NCBI GenBank assembly: GCA_964555185.1
Contig: CAZKRD010000002.1
Coordinates: 245,268 to 309,267 of the forward strand
Reading direction: 5' to 3'
Length of the DNA stretch: 64,000 nucleotides
From: an uncultured Candidatus Saccharibacteria bacterium
GTDB taxonomy: Bacteria > Patescibacteriota > JAQUNI01
The notes beneath the pieces are model-generated. The model made no database searches. It was not told the origin of the DNA and was given only the letters and a program-made list of their open reading frames with translations. A program made the position numbers and the translations under genes. Each line of letters starts with the position of its first letter. Position 1 is the first letter of the stretch. Positions 1-8,932 of this stretch are shown piece after piece.

Positions 1-145
1 GCCAAAATTGAGAATACTTCTTATCTTTTATCTTTAATAAAATGATTGATTGAAAATAGTCCGGAAGCATTTCATTGTCCTGCACATAGTTTTTTAATTT
101 TTTCGCTGTGATTTTTTCCATATTTTTCTTATAATTTATTTAATG

Positions 146-1054
146 TTATATTATTGGCTTTAAAACTAAGTCTCTGCGAAAACGATAAACCGGATGAGAA
201 CGATCAAGGTAAACATCTTCAATATAGAAATGAGGAATAAGATATTCATAAACCTCACCCAAAGGCGGATCTACTTCAATATATTCTCCCAAAACATTAC
301 CCTTAAAATCGCCATGAAAAGGCCAAATTTGCGCGAGAATCTCTTTGGATATCTTATGCTTCTGGGTGTAATTAATAATTTTCTTGCGCAGGTCATGAAG
401 CACGCATCCTCGTTTTTCCCAGCTGTAGACATATTCGAGACATAATTGGTAAAAAATGTAAACTTTATTTTGAAAATTCAAAAAGAATTTAGGATTTTCT
501 TTGTACTTCTTAAAAGCTAAGTCAAAAGTTATCTTTTCTTGAAAATCCATACAAACCATCGCACAAAAATACAATCCGTCTTTTTTGAGAACTTTAAAAA
601 TATCCTGAAAGTTCTTTTTCCAAACAGTCAAGGCCATATTACACTGCGTCTCGTCACTAAAAATAATATCAAATTCATTTTCCTTAAAATACTCACCCAC
701 CTTTTCCCATTTACCGCGAACAAAGCTCTCTTGTCTAGGATCTTCACTCATAAACTCCTTCATTCCTTGATACATAGACTGATTAGAATCTAAGCAGGTA
801 ACTTGCAATTTCAACTTTGCGCAGATATCACGTGTTTCTGGAGTGGCGCCAAGAATCAAAACCTTTAATTTCGGGTTCTTTTTAGCTTGTTTCTTTAAAT
901 GTGCTCTATAAAAAGAAAGTTGATTTTTATTGGGTCGCCAAGGCGGGCCAATCCCTTTCCAGAGATTAACATATTTCGCCCATTCTGGATTGTATGCTTT
1001 ATCTTTTTTATTCATATTAGGATTATAAATTTTGTTATTCTTTCTCATAAACAA
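146..1054 (-). CDS. Class I SAM-dependent methyltransferase-fold protein, paralog 1 of 6 (W-rich N-terminal extension)
   Basis: Shares the motifs found in all six paralogs: N-terminal W..W....RP....YE, motif I-like 'LILGATPETRD', acidic beta2 end 'VTCLDSN', 'FDIIFSD', motif III-like 'VLKKDGLYF'. Overlaps the start of the upstream ATP-grasp gene (1035-1054), so likely translationally coupled. Confidence 0.55.
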   Translation of the reverse strand: MFMRKNNKIYNPNMNKKDKAYNPEWAKYVNLWKGIGPPWRPNKNQLSFYRAHLKKQAKKNPKLKVLILGATPETRDICAKLKLQVTCLDSNQSMYQGMKEFMSEDPRQESFVRGKWEKVGEYFKENEFDIIFSDETQCNMALTVWKKNFQDIFKVLKKDGLYFCAMVCMDFQEKITFDLAFKKYKENPKFFLNFQNKVYIFYQLCLEYVYSWEKRGCVLHDLRKKIINYTQKHKISKEILAQIWPFHGDFKGNVLGEYIEVDPPLGEVYEYLIPHFYIEDVYLDRSHPVYRFRRDLVLKPII

Positions 1055-2369
1055 AAATCATATTCGCGGCCGCGCCGCCGCGGGCAAAGTTAGTAATTAA
1101 AGTATCTGAAAACCTACTCCACAATCCGACAATTTTGTTGTCAACTAAAAAGGGTAAAAAATCCGCTACTTTGAAACTTTCTTCAAGCTTTCCTTCTCGC
1201 CAAAGCAAGGTCTTGTATTTGTTAATCTGAATCTTCTTTTGAATCAGCCAGCCAGTATCAATCTTTTTTAGAATATCCTGCCATTCTTGGGAATTGTAGT
1301 CCTCGCCAAAATGAATGTGTTCGGCGCGGCTGGAAACGCTTTTTTTCAAAATCCAATCCTGCCTATTTTTGACCAAACCATTTTTCACCCGATCATAACC
1401 TGCTCCCTGATAAATAAAGCTTGGCGGGATTAAGCCTTTGATCGTCTTACCTTCTTTTTTGTCTGTAAAATACTGATCAAAGTACCCATTATAAATCAAG
1501 GCAAGCAATGATTTTTCCCCAAACAGAGAGGAAACAAAAGGATTTAGCATTTTAAAAGACCTGTTTTGATAACTTTGGATAAATGCTTCGCGCTTGGAAT
1601 CTACTAGTAAATCATCTAAGTCAAAAAGACGGTAAACAAAATCTATTTTCTTATCTTTAAAATAACATTGATTATTTTTAAAAGTAACATCTTGAATATT
1701 GCCAATAAAAGAATTAGGGGCTTCAGGCTTTAAGTATCGTTCTAAAAAGTATTTTGACTCTGTAATGAAAAAATCATCGCGCTGATCTTTGATTGTTAAA
1801 AGTAAAATGTTATCATTTTGATTTACACTTCCTAATATTTTTTTGACAATCGCCAGATCAGGGAAGGGAGTAAACAAATTATAGTTTTTCTCCAGTTTAG
1901 AAAAATTCAAAAATTTTTGATACAAAACGCCATAATCTTCTAAAATCCCATGGCCATTCGGACAATTGGTATTAATCTCCATTAAATTCATCTTATTACC
2001 CTCAAAAGCAAAATCAAAACGAAGCAAAGGGAAGGGATCAACTAAGTTTAACTTTTGATCAAATTGGTATAAATCTTTTTCTTCTTTAGAAAACCCTAAA
2101 ACCCTTTGAAGCTCTCCTAAATCCGCCTCTTTGTATAAGCGTTTTAGAAATCGAGAAAAAGAAGCCAGATCTTGCTCTAATTTTTCAAAATATTTTTGAG
2201 CAATAAAAAACGGAGTCAAAACGAAAAATTTCTCAAAGCCTTTCAATTGAAAAAGATTATTTTGATCAATATGCTGGTTTATTTTCTGGAAAATTTTCGG
2301 ATAATCTTTTTCTTGCGATCGACAAATCTTAAGAAATTCTTGATCGATTTTTTTGTCTTGATTGATCAT
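1035..2369 (-). CDS. Glutathionylspermidine-synthase-like (circularly permuted ATP-grasp) amidoligase
   Basis: 'PLLRFDFAFEGNKMNLMEINTNCPNGHG' matches the RFDF...(L/M)E(Y/I)N(A/T)DxP signature of the GspS/YgiC/YjfC ATP-grasp family. 444 aa; 4-bp overlap with the upstream hydrolase gene. Confidence 0.5.
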   Translation of the reverse strand: MINQDKKIDQEFLKICRSQEKDYPKIFQKINQHIDQNNLFQLKGFEKFFVLTPFFIAQKYFEKLEQDLASFSRFLKRLYKEADLGELQRVLGFSKEEKDLYQFDQKLNLVDPFPLLRFDFAFEGNKMNLMEINTNCPNGHGILEDYGVLYQKFLNFSKLEKNYNLFTPFPDLAIVKKILGSVNQNDNILLLTIKDQRDDFFITESKYFLERYLKPEAPNSFIGNIQDVTFKNNQCYFKDKKIDFVYRLFDLDDLLVDSKREAFIQSYQNRSFKMLNPFVSSLFGEKSLLALIYNGYFDQYFTDKKEGKTIKGLIPPSFIYQGAGYDRVKNGLVKNRQDWILKKSVSSRAEHIHFGEDYNSQEWQDILKKIDTGWLIQKKIQINKYKTLLWREGKLEESFKVADFLPFLVDNKIVGLWSRFSDTLITNFARGGAAANMIFVYEKE

Positions 2370-3487
2370 TTTGCCTCAATAATTTTTTTAATCCAGCGGC
2401 GGATTTGGTTTAATTCTTTGCCTTGTTCCCTTTCTTCTTTAGTTGGTTTGCGCAAATGGTAATCATGAACATCAACTGCTCCTTCTCTATCGTCAATTTT
2501 ATCAGCTAACAAGCCTTCTTCATCTAAGGCTTTCAAAACAATATTGCCGACTTTTTCATGACCCTTTAATTGACTGAAAAAGCGATAAACCTCGCCGTCA
2601 GGATCCATAGTAACATCATTATCAGTTAAAGAATTGATTGCTGTAATCCTGATATCCTCTGAAAAATCTTTGGCTGTATAGGTTTTAAGTCTCTCAAGCA
2701 TTTCAAAAATATCATCCATCACCTTTTCAGTGTCCATGCCTTTAAAAATTTCAGCATCAGCATGGCCTTGAAAATATTCACGATAAGGCTCCACATTCTC
2801 CTTGATTGTTTCAAGCCAAGATCCCAAAAGAATCGCGTTGTTAATCTTTGCTTCAATTTTGCGAGAAAAATCATTGTCTTCTTTTTTAAGCGCGGCCAAT
2901 GATTCCACCGCGATCCGCGCACCCCAAGAATGACCCATAATATCAATATTCTTAATCTCGTCAATTTTTGAACCCAAAGATTTAAGAAAAGTCAAAACCT
3001 CTCGGTCTGCTGCTTTCCAAGAGAATTTTTCGTCTTTGCCTAAAAACTCTTGTCCTTTTCCTTTAGCGTGTTCAAGTTTTTGAGGACAATGTAAATATTT
3101 CTTCACATCCTCACCTTCAATCCTTAATCCATTGTGCCGCAAAACAACAAAAGCTCTCTTGTCACGCGCAAATTCATCAGCATATTCTGCTTCTTGCATT
3201 GCAAACCCGCCAGCATAACCCGGGGAAAGCACTAGCACATCTTCATAGTCTTTAACTCCTTTAGGTAAATATGCCTTACCTTCTACCACTTCTCCTGTTT
3301 CTGGATTTTGAAATTCAGTCCAAAAACATCTGTAATCCCCTAGCTCGCGTTCCTTATGGTTTTCATCATGATCTTTTTCAAGCTCGAATGTTTTCTCACG
3401 ATTAAAATTCTCTCCAAAGATTTTTTCTAATTCAGAGAAATCTTCTTTTGGTTCTGCTTCTGGTGAAGAAATTCCTTCTTTATTCAT
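2366..3487 (-). CDS. Alpha/beta-fold serine hydrolase
   Basis: Nucleophile elbow G-x-S-x-G in 'IDIMGHSWGARIAVESL'. Downstream D/H candidates are present. Embedded in the paralog operon. Confidence 0.55.
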   Translation of the reverse strand: MNKEGISSPEAEPKEDFSELEKIFGENFNREKTFELEKDHDENHKERELGDYRCFWTEFQNPETGEVVEGKAYLPKGVKDYEDVLVLSPGYAGGFAMQEAEYADEFARDKRAFVVLRHNGLRIEGEDVKKYLHCPQKLEHAKGKGQEFLGKDEKFSWKAADREVLTFLKSLGSKIDEIKNIDIMGHSWGARIAVESLAALKKEDNDFSRKIEAKINNAILLGSWLETIKENVEPYREYFQGHADAEIFKGMDTEKVMDDIFEMLERLKTYTAKDFSEDIRITAINSLTDNDVTMDPDGEVYRFFSQLKGHEKVGNIVLKALDEEGLLADKIDDREGAVDVHDYHLRKPTKEEREQGKELNQIRRWIKKIIEAK

Positions 3488-3500
3488 AATTTTTGTTTAA

Positions 3501-4355
3501 TTATTTCTTTTTTAAAATATAGATTGGATAACCCGGGATGAATTTATCATAATTTTTGCCAAATTCAATTTTAGCTACCTTATAATGGCTTTCATAAAGC
3601 TTAGTCATATCAGAAAGCAAAGGCACGGTCCAGGTTTTATTACTTCTATTATAGCTCTTTTCCATCTTTTGAATAATCCTTTGCAGTTTTTTTCTTTTTT
3701 CGCCCTTTACTTTTTTTAAGTGCAAGTCCATCACTTGATAAATCCCGTTTACCGAAACTTCAAATGTTTTTTGATCTACAGCAGAGCTAAAAAGAAACAA
3801 GGTTTCAAAAACAATATCTGGTTTTGGATCTTTTTGATTTAAATAATGTTCTAGAATCTCATGATCAGGTCGTAAATAGTCTTTGCGGCTGACCGCGGTT
3901 CTTTGAACAAACAAACCATCTTTTTTAAGCAATGATTTTGTTTTCTCTAAAAAAGCATTATGGAGTCTAGATGGCAATTGATTAATTGAACCGTCAGCTA
4001 AGATAATATCAAAATAATTATGCTGAAGCGGAACTGACAGCCAATCACTTCTCGCCCAAACCTCTTTTTCCGCTACCTTGTAATGGCAAAGACTAGTTAG
4101 GGCTAGAATCATTTCTAAACTTAGATCACAAACAACTGTTTTAACCTTATTTTTATAAAACAGATCACGGATTTGGACGGTCGCGCCAAAAACCAAAGCC
4201 CACGCCTCCTTATTCCTGGTCTTCACTCTCTTGATATATTTTTCGTAAATATCCTGTTCATCCTTGGACGGAATGTTGGGCACATCCATATTCTTCCAGT
4301 CTCGAGCAATCTTTTGCCAAGGTTTGGCAAATTTATCTTTAGGCATAGATTTCAA
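3501..4355 (-). CDS. Class I SAM-MTase-fold protein, paralog 2 of 6
   Basis: 'LVFGATVQIRDLF', 'VVCDLS', 'FDIILADGS', 'SLLKKDGLFV'. C-terminal 'PIYILKKK'. N-terminal 'KPWQKIARDWK...IPSKDEQDIYEKY'. Confidence 0.55.
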   Translation of the reverse strand: MKSMPKDKFAKPWQKIARDWKNMDVPNIPSKDEQDIYEKYIKRVKTRNKEAWALVFGATVQIRDLFYKNKVKTVVCDLSLEMILALTSLCHYKVAEKEVWARSDWLSVPLQHNYFDIILADGSINQLPSRLHNAFLEKTKSLLKKDGLFVQRTAVSRKDYLRPDHEILEHYLNQKDPKPDIVFETLFLFSSAVDQKTFEVSVNGIYQVMDLHLKKVKGEKRKKLQRIIQKMEKSYNRSNKTWTVPLLSDMTKLYESHYKVAKIEFGKNYDKFIPGYPIYILKKK

Positions 4356-5335
4356 ATCTTGTTATTAATTACTTTTTTCTTTAAAACATAGATTGGACAG
4401 TGTTTGGTCATAGACTGGTCTTTGGCATAGACCCTATCTTGAATCTCAAAATGTTCTCTCAATTCTTTTTCACTTTCCTTTTTTGATAATACATACCATT
4501 GGTAGTCACCGCACATTGGCAGGAAAACATCTTCGTAAAAATCTAATAGCTCATAAATAATCCTGCTGTATTTGTGGTTTTGAAAACTTTTTTTATTCTC
4601 ATCTCGCAAAACCATTACATGGCTTTGTACGGAGTTTTTAAAATTCTTGTCTGTGCTCGTCTGATAAAATATTTTTATGAACAAAAGATTAGCTGCCAGT
4701 TGGAAACAATACTCACCACTGTCAATTCTCTTCGCTAGCTCAAGAAGAATTTGTTTTATGCTTGTTTTCTTGGTTTCAGGCAAATAGAAATTATGACGAG
4801 TAATCCAAGCGCCTTGATTCTTTAAAACCCTGCTTACTTCCGAAAATAGTTTTTTGTGTTTTGTAGAGGCAACATTACAGATTACTTCATCGCCTAAAAC
4901 TAAATCAAAATATTGATCTGGGAAACCATTAGCAAGCCAGGAACCTTTCTTGAATTCTTCTCTCAAACCATCTGCTCTTGCTAAAAACTCAGTCATTGCT
5001 CTATACATTGCTGGATTAATATCTACACAATAAGCCTTGGCATTATTTAAGATTTCATAAGTATACAAAATCCTGCGCAATTCGGGGGTTGCGCCCATGA
5101 TCATAATCTTGGTATTTTTTTGACCTTTCAAAAAATTCGCGATCAATTCACCGTAATTTTGACATTCATCCAGACTAGGACGATTAGGCACTAAAAGTTT
5201 GCTATACTCCCGACTTATTTTTTGCCAAGTCGCGATTTTATTTTTTTGAACTTCTGATTTTTTCATTTTTAACTTCGTGCTTTTATAGCAAATCTGAATC
5301 AAATCCTTGCGTAAATTTTTAATTATTCTCCGCAA
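4352..5335 (-). CDS. Class I SAM-MTase-fold protein, paralog 3 of 6
   Basis: 'IMIMGATPELRRIL', 'AYCVDIN', 'FDLVLGDEV', 'RVLKNQGAWI'. C-terminal 'PIYVLKKK'. 4-bp overlap with paralog 2. Confidence 0.55.
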   Translation of the reverse strand: MRRIIKNLRKDLIQICYKSTKLKMKKSEVQKNKIATWQKISREYSKLLVPNRPSLDECQNYGELIANFLKGQKNTKIMIMGATPELRRILYTYEILNNAKAYCVDINPAMYRAMTEFLARADGLREEFKKGSWLANGFPDQYFDLVLGDEVICNVASTKHKKLFSEVSRVLKNQGAWITRHNFYLPETKKTSIKQILLELAKRIDSGEYCFQLAANLLFIKIFYQTSTDKNFKNSVQSHVMVLRDENKKSFQNHKYSRIIYELLDFYEDVFLPMCGDYQWYVLSKKESEKELREHFEIQDRVYAKDQSMTKHCPIYVLKKKVINNKI

Positions 5336-6161
5336 AATAGATACGACAAGCTTTGTAAACTCGATGTTCTTTGCTTGTATCTGAAGCTATAATCTTAAAA
5401 TCTTTTTCTAAAACATTCTCAAAATCAACTCGACGCGGAAGGATATAGATACAGCGCTTTGGGATGTAGATGTGATCAGTGATCTCTGATGCCTCTTCTA
5501 GGGAAAGTTCAATCTCTTTTTCCCAAGCCTGCGCCATCAATTCAAAAACCGAAAGCCAATAAGGCCCGTGTTTTTCTTCTTGATAAATATCTGTATTAAA
5601 CATTAAAGCATAAAGAAAATACCATTTCTCAAAATGATTTTTAAAACCCTTGCGGTATTTATCTAAAAAGTCTTTAAGAGTTGTCTTATCCTGAATCTCT
5701 CTTAAGACAATATTTGTAATCAAATACCCGGGACTCTTAAGGTGTCTTTTGATATTAGCGCTAAATTCTCGATGACGGTTAAAGGGAATATTACAATAAA
5801 TATGATCACCGCAAACAATGTCGAATTTCTCTTTTGCTCTAAATTTTAACCAATCACTATAAATAATCTTCTCTTTAGGATTTTTCTTTTTAACAAGTTT
5901 ATTCATTGCCCTAACCATTTCAGGATTAAGATCAACCATTGTTACTTCTAGATTGTATTTGGCAAATAAATCACGCAGTTCTGGGGTTGCCCCGAATAAC
6001 AAAATCTTTGGCTTTTTGCCGATTCTCTTTCTCACTTCTTTTAAAAATTTTTCATAAACTAAAATCTCACCAGGCGATGGCCGCATTGGCGGTTTTAAAT
6101 CTCCCCAAACTTGGGAAAGACTTTTCCAAGAATATGTCTGATTTTGGATTTTATTAGGCAT
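5319..6161 (-). CDS. Class I SAM-MTase-fold protein, paralog 4 of 6
   Basis: 'ILLFGATPELRDLF', 'VTMVDLN', 'FDIVCGDHI', 'RHLKSPGYLI'. N-terminal 'WKSLSQVWGDLKPPMRPSPGEILVYEKF'. Overlaps paralog 3 start. Confidence 0.55.
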   Translation of the reverse strand: MPNKIQNQTYSWKSLSQVWGDLKPPMRPSPGEILVYEKFLKEVRKRIGKKPKILLFGATPELRDLFAKYNLEVTMVDLNPEMVRAMNKLVKKKNPKEKIIYSDWLKFRAKEKFDIVCGDHIYCNIPFNRHREFSANIKRHLKSPGYLITNIVLREIQDKTTLKDFLDKYRKGFKNHFEKWYFLYALMFNTDIYQEEKHGPYWLSVFELMAQAWEKEIELSLEEASEITDHIYIPKRCIYILPRRVDFENVLEKDFKIIASDTSKEHRVYKACRIYFAENN

Positions 6162-6232
6162 ATTTTCAAACCCACTATTGTAAATTATATCAAAATTTTA
6201 GCTAAAAAGAAAGGATATTTCAAAACCATTTA

Positions 6233-7048
6233 TCAAATCTTCTTCAAAAAATAAACCGGTTCGAATTTGCAGTATTCAAACTTTTGAACATAAGAAATAG
6301 AAACAATCTTGAAATGTGTTTTAGCTAATTTCTCAAATTCATCTTTTGGAGGCAGAGTTGAAACGCCGGCAAAATGTTTGTATTTATTCAAAATTCCAAA
6401 ATCAGACCTTATTTCCCCATCTTCTTTTAATTTTTTTACTTTTTCTAAAAATCTCTGCCAAGAAAACTGATATGTTTTAGAATCCCACATGGTTGCTGCG
6501 GCTTGCACTAAAAAATCCTGTTCTGTTTTAATTTTCCCCATCTTGTATTTTTCAAAAACATTGACTATATCTTCACAAACCCAGCTATCTGGAAATTTAA
6601 CAATTAAGTGGGTAGAAACAAAACCATTGGGTTTTAATAGACTATGTAATTTTTTTAACATCTTACCCCAATCCCGCCAGAAAAGTACAGTCAAGACATC
6701 ATCACCAGCAATTAAATCATAATAATTATCTGGCAAGGGTAATTCTCGCCAGTCAGCACGTACAAATGTCTCCTTCTCTATATCTCCTCGAACGAGCAAG
6801 CTCATTGCTTGGTACATCAAAAGAGAATGATCAACACAAGTTACCTCAAATTTGTATTTATGAGCCAGTGTGCGTAATTCTGGGGTAGAACCTAAAATCA
6901 AAATTCGCGGATTCTTCCTCCGCGCTATTTTTTTGAAATGTTTTTCATAAATTTCTTCGTGTTCGGGCAACGGCCGCACGGTCGTATCTTTCCATTTTTC
7001 CCAATCTTGGGCAATCTTGCGAATGTTTTTGGTTAAAATATAAGGCAT
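6233..7048 (-). CDS. Class I SAM-MTase-fold protein, paralog 5 of 6
   Basis: 'ILILGSTPELRTLA', 'VTCVDHS', 'YDLIAGDDV', 'SLLKPNGFVS'. C-terminal 'PVYFLKKI'. Confidence 0.55.
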   Translation of the reverse strand: MPYILTKNIRKIAQDWEKWKDTTVRPLPEHEEIYEKHFKKIARRKNPRILILGSTPELRTLAHKYKFEVTCVDHSLLMYQAMSLLVRGDIEKETFVRADWRELPLPDNYYDLIAGDDVLTVLFWRDWGKMLKKLHSLLKPNGFVSTHLIVKFPDSWVCEDIVNVFEKYKMGKIKTEQDFLVQAAATMWDSKTYQFSWQRFLEKVKKLKEDGEIRSDFGILNKYKHFAGVSTLPPKDEFEKLAKTHFKIVSISYVQKFEYCKFEPVYFLKKI

Positions 7049-7060
7049 ATATTATAAACT

Positions 7061-7190
7061 GTCATTGCGAGGAGCGACCCCGAGCCCGCCGAGGGGAAGC
7101 GACGAAGCAATCTCCTTGAAAAAGGTATTGCTGCTCTACGAGATTGCTTTGGTCACCTCACCCCGAAGGGCAGGCTCCCTCGCAATGACA
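7061..7190. repeat. MITE-like palindromic element (family A), terminal inverted repeats GTCATTGCGAGGAGCGAC ... CCTCGCAATGACA with an internal hairpin (GCAATCTC/GAGATTGC)
   Basis: Seen directly in the sequence. Related copies lie at 22768-22921 and 34044-34149. GC-rich in an AT-rich background. Sits between paralogs 6 and 5. Confidence 0.7.
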
Positions 7191-7346
7191 ACGGGATTGT
7201 TATTTTCTCTCCAATTGCATAACATAACCCCAGTTATAACAGGTGGAGTTACGCGGTTCAGGTGACTTATCTTTAACTCTAAAATATTTTAAAAGCATCC
7301 ATTTGTCTTTTTCCCAATTAAAATAGGTCCATTCTTTATCCATCGG

Positions 7347-8039
7347 CTAAATCTCTTTTGCTTTTTTATAGGCCCTTTTTACTCTCGGATCTTTAATGTA
7401 TTTTTTTAATTCCGCGAAAAAAAGATTAGTGCCGATTTTGTAATTCTTGTTTAAATTCGAATAAAAAGTGCCCCTAGTCCAAAAATCTTCAAAATTCTGC
7501 ACGCTGTAACCTTTTTCTAAATACTCTTTTAAAAGCACATTAAAATTATGGGTTTTGCTCTCTGGGAAGTCAGCATAGAAGCGGGTCAGAAAATAGCCAT
7601 TAAACTTTAAGAGTCTATGTGCTTTTTTAAAAAACACAGGCTGGTTAGCTCTTAATACATTTTCCAAGATATAGTCGCCAAACAGAACATCATATTCGTT
7701 TTCTCTTAAAGGTGCGGAGAGCCAATTGCTTTTCACCCAAATCTCTTTATCTGTTTCCTTTTTATTGTGCATTAATTCTGTCATCGCGATAATCATCTCT
7801 AAATTAGAATCAACAATTGTTACTTTTACTTTAGGATAGCACGCCAGAAGATCACGGATTTCTGGTGTCGCGCCAAAGACCAAAGCCTTAGGACTCTTTT
7901 TCCCTTTAATTGCTTCTTTTAAATATTTTTCATAATCCTGAATGTTTTTGCGGCAAGGCCTGGTGGGATGCTTTAGTTTTTTCCACATCTTAGCCCATTC
8001 CTTCCATGGTTCAATGAATTTTTCTCGCTTTTTGGACAT
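7347..8039 (-). CDS. Class I SAM-MTase-fold protein, paralog 6 of 6 (shorter; lacks the C-terminal P-x-Y-x-LKK segment)
   Basis: 'ALVFGATPEIRDLL', 'VTIVDSN', 'YDVLFGDYI', 'RLLKFNGYFL'. N-terminal 'EPWKEWAKMWKKLKHPTRP...YEKY'. 230 aa versus 271-327 aa for the others. Confidence 0.5.
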   Translation of the reverse strand: MSKKREKFIEPWKEWAKMWKKLKHPTRPCRKNIQDYEKYLKEAIKGKKSPKALVFGATPEIRDLLACYPKVKVTIVDSNLEMIIAMTELMHNKKETDKEIWVKSNWLSAPLRENEYDVLFGDYILENVLRANQPVFFKKAHRLLKFNGYFLTRFYADFPESKTHNFNVLLKEYLEKGYSVQNFEDFWTRGTFYSNLNKNYKIGTNLFFAELKKYIKDPRVKRAYKKAKEI

Positions 8040-8511
8040 AAATTCACTTTAAGAACATATTTTTAATGAATTGTACTAATTAAAACCCTCATTTGATGGG
8101 AATTAAAGCTTTATGCCTTTTATCTTGGCCTATGTGTACAAATACTCTATAGTCGGAGAAACTTGGAAGAAGTCCTGTGAAGTCACAACGCACTTGTCAT
8201 TCACGTGAAAAAGCGGGAATCAGAGTATTCTTGCTCTAAAACCTGGATCTCCGATCAAGTCGGAGATGACAAATGACCTACGTTTGCTTATGAAGATGAC
8301 AACTAAAGGCTATGGAACCAACAAGCACAATAACTAGCACAATCCATATTTTTATAATAAAATTGTATCAAATTTGAGCGATAAAATAAAGGTTTGGTAA
8401 AAATTTATCAGGATATAAAAGTTGACGAAACAATGAAAAAGAGTTATCTTTATAATGAAATGCTGGATAACACGAAACGAAAACACAACCAAAGAGAGGA
8501 GATGACGATAA

Positions 8512-8751
8512 ATGAAGGAAGAGTCACAAGCCGTTTTGTTTATTATGTTGTTTATCTCGGGGATATTTTATCTTGTCGCGATGACCTTCCTTTATCCCAT
8601 TGAAGTCATCCAAGAAAAAAGGATGAGGCACTGCTACAAAAAGAGGCACAGTAAACAGGAGTCTGGTTGGGAAGACTGCTGTAATAAATCTTGCCTCGGA
8701 GCCTGCAACGCTCTCCGGGAAAGGGATTGTCTGGCAAATTTAGAACAGTGA
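8512..8751 (+). CDS. Small membrane protein with a Cys-rich C-terminal tail (6 Cys in ~36 aa)
   Basis: RBS GAGAGGAG ~10 nt upstream of the ATG. One predicted TM helix 'VLFIMLFISGIFYLVAMTFLY'. C-terminus 'HCYKKRHSKQESGWEDCCNKSCLGACNALRERDC'. A rho-independent terminator-like hairpin lies downstream (~8838-8862). Confidence 0.4.
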   Translation: MKEESQAVLFIMLFISGIFYLVAMTFLYPIEVIQEKRMRHCYKKRHSKQESGWEDCCNKSCLGACNALRERDCLANLEQ

Positions 8752-8932
8752 GCAAGAAATGGCGATAAAGAAGCGCTGGGCTCTCTGGAGTTCTATTATC
8801 GCTATGGATAAAGCTTCCCCCACAAGAGGTTCGAAAAACCTCTTTTTTTATATCAAGTATTTTTAACATTGAAAATAGAAAATAAAAAAAAGTTGCAGGG
8901 ATTGCTACAACTAAAGTAGAAATATATTCCAC

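Noticed and set aside
194-793. + strand ORFs 194-445 and 539-793 antisense to paralog 1, and similar short ORFs nested in other long genes (2719-2964, 11496-11789, 17057-17549, 24594-24909 and others)
   Set aside because: They are nested antisense to long, motif-supported CDSs, with no RBS or conservation signal.
8394-8603. 69-aa + ORF upstream of, and overlapping, the Cys-rich peptide gene
   Set aside because: No RBS. It overlaps the better-supported 8512 start and is likely leader or promoter sequence.
8606-8932. 108-aa minus-strand ORF overlapping the 79-aa plus-strand Cys-rich peptide ORF
   Set aside because: It has a GTG start immediately after the upstream stop and no RBS. The overlapping + ORF has an RBS and a downstream terminator, so the + ORF was preferred.
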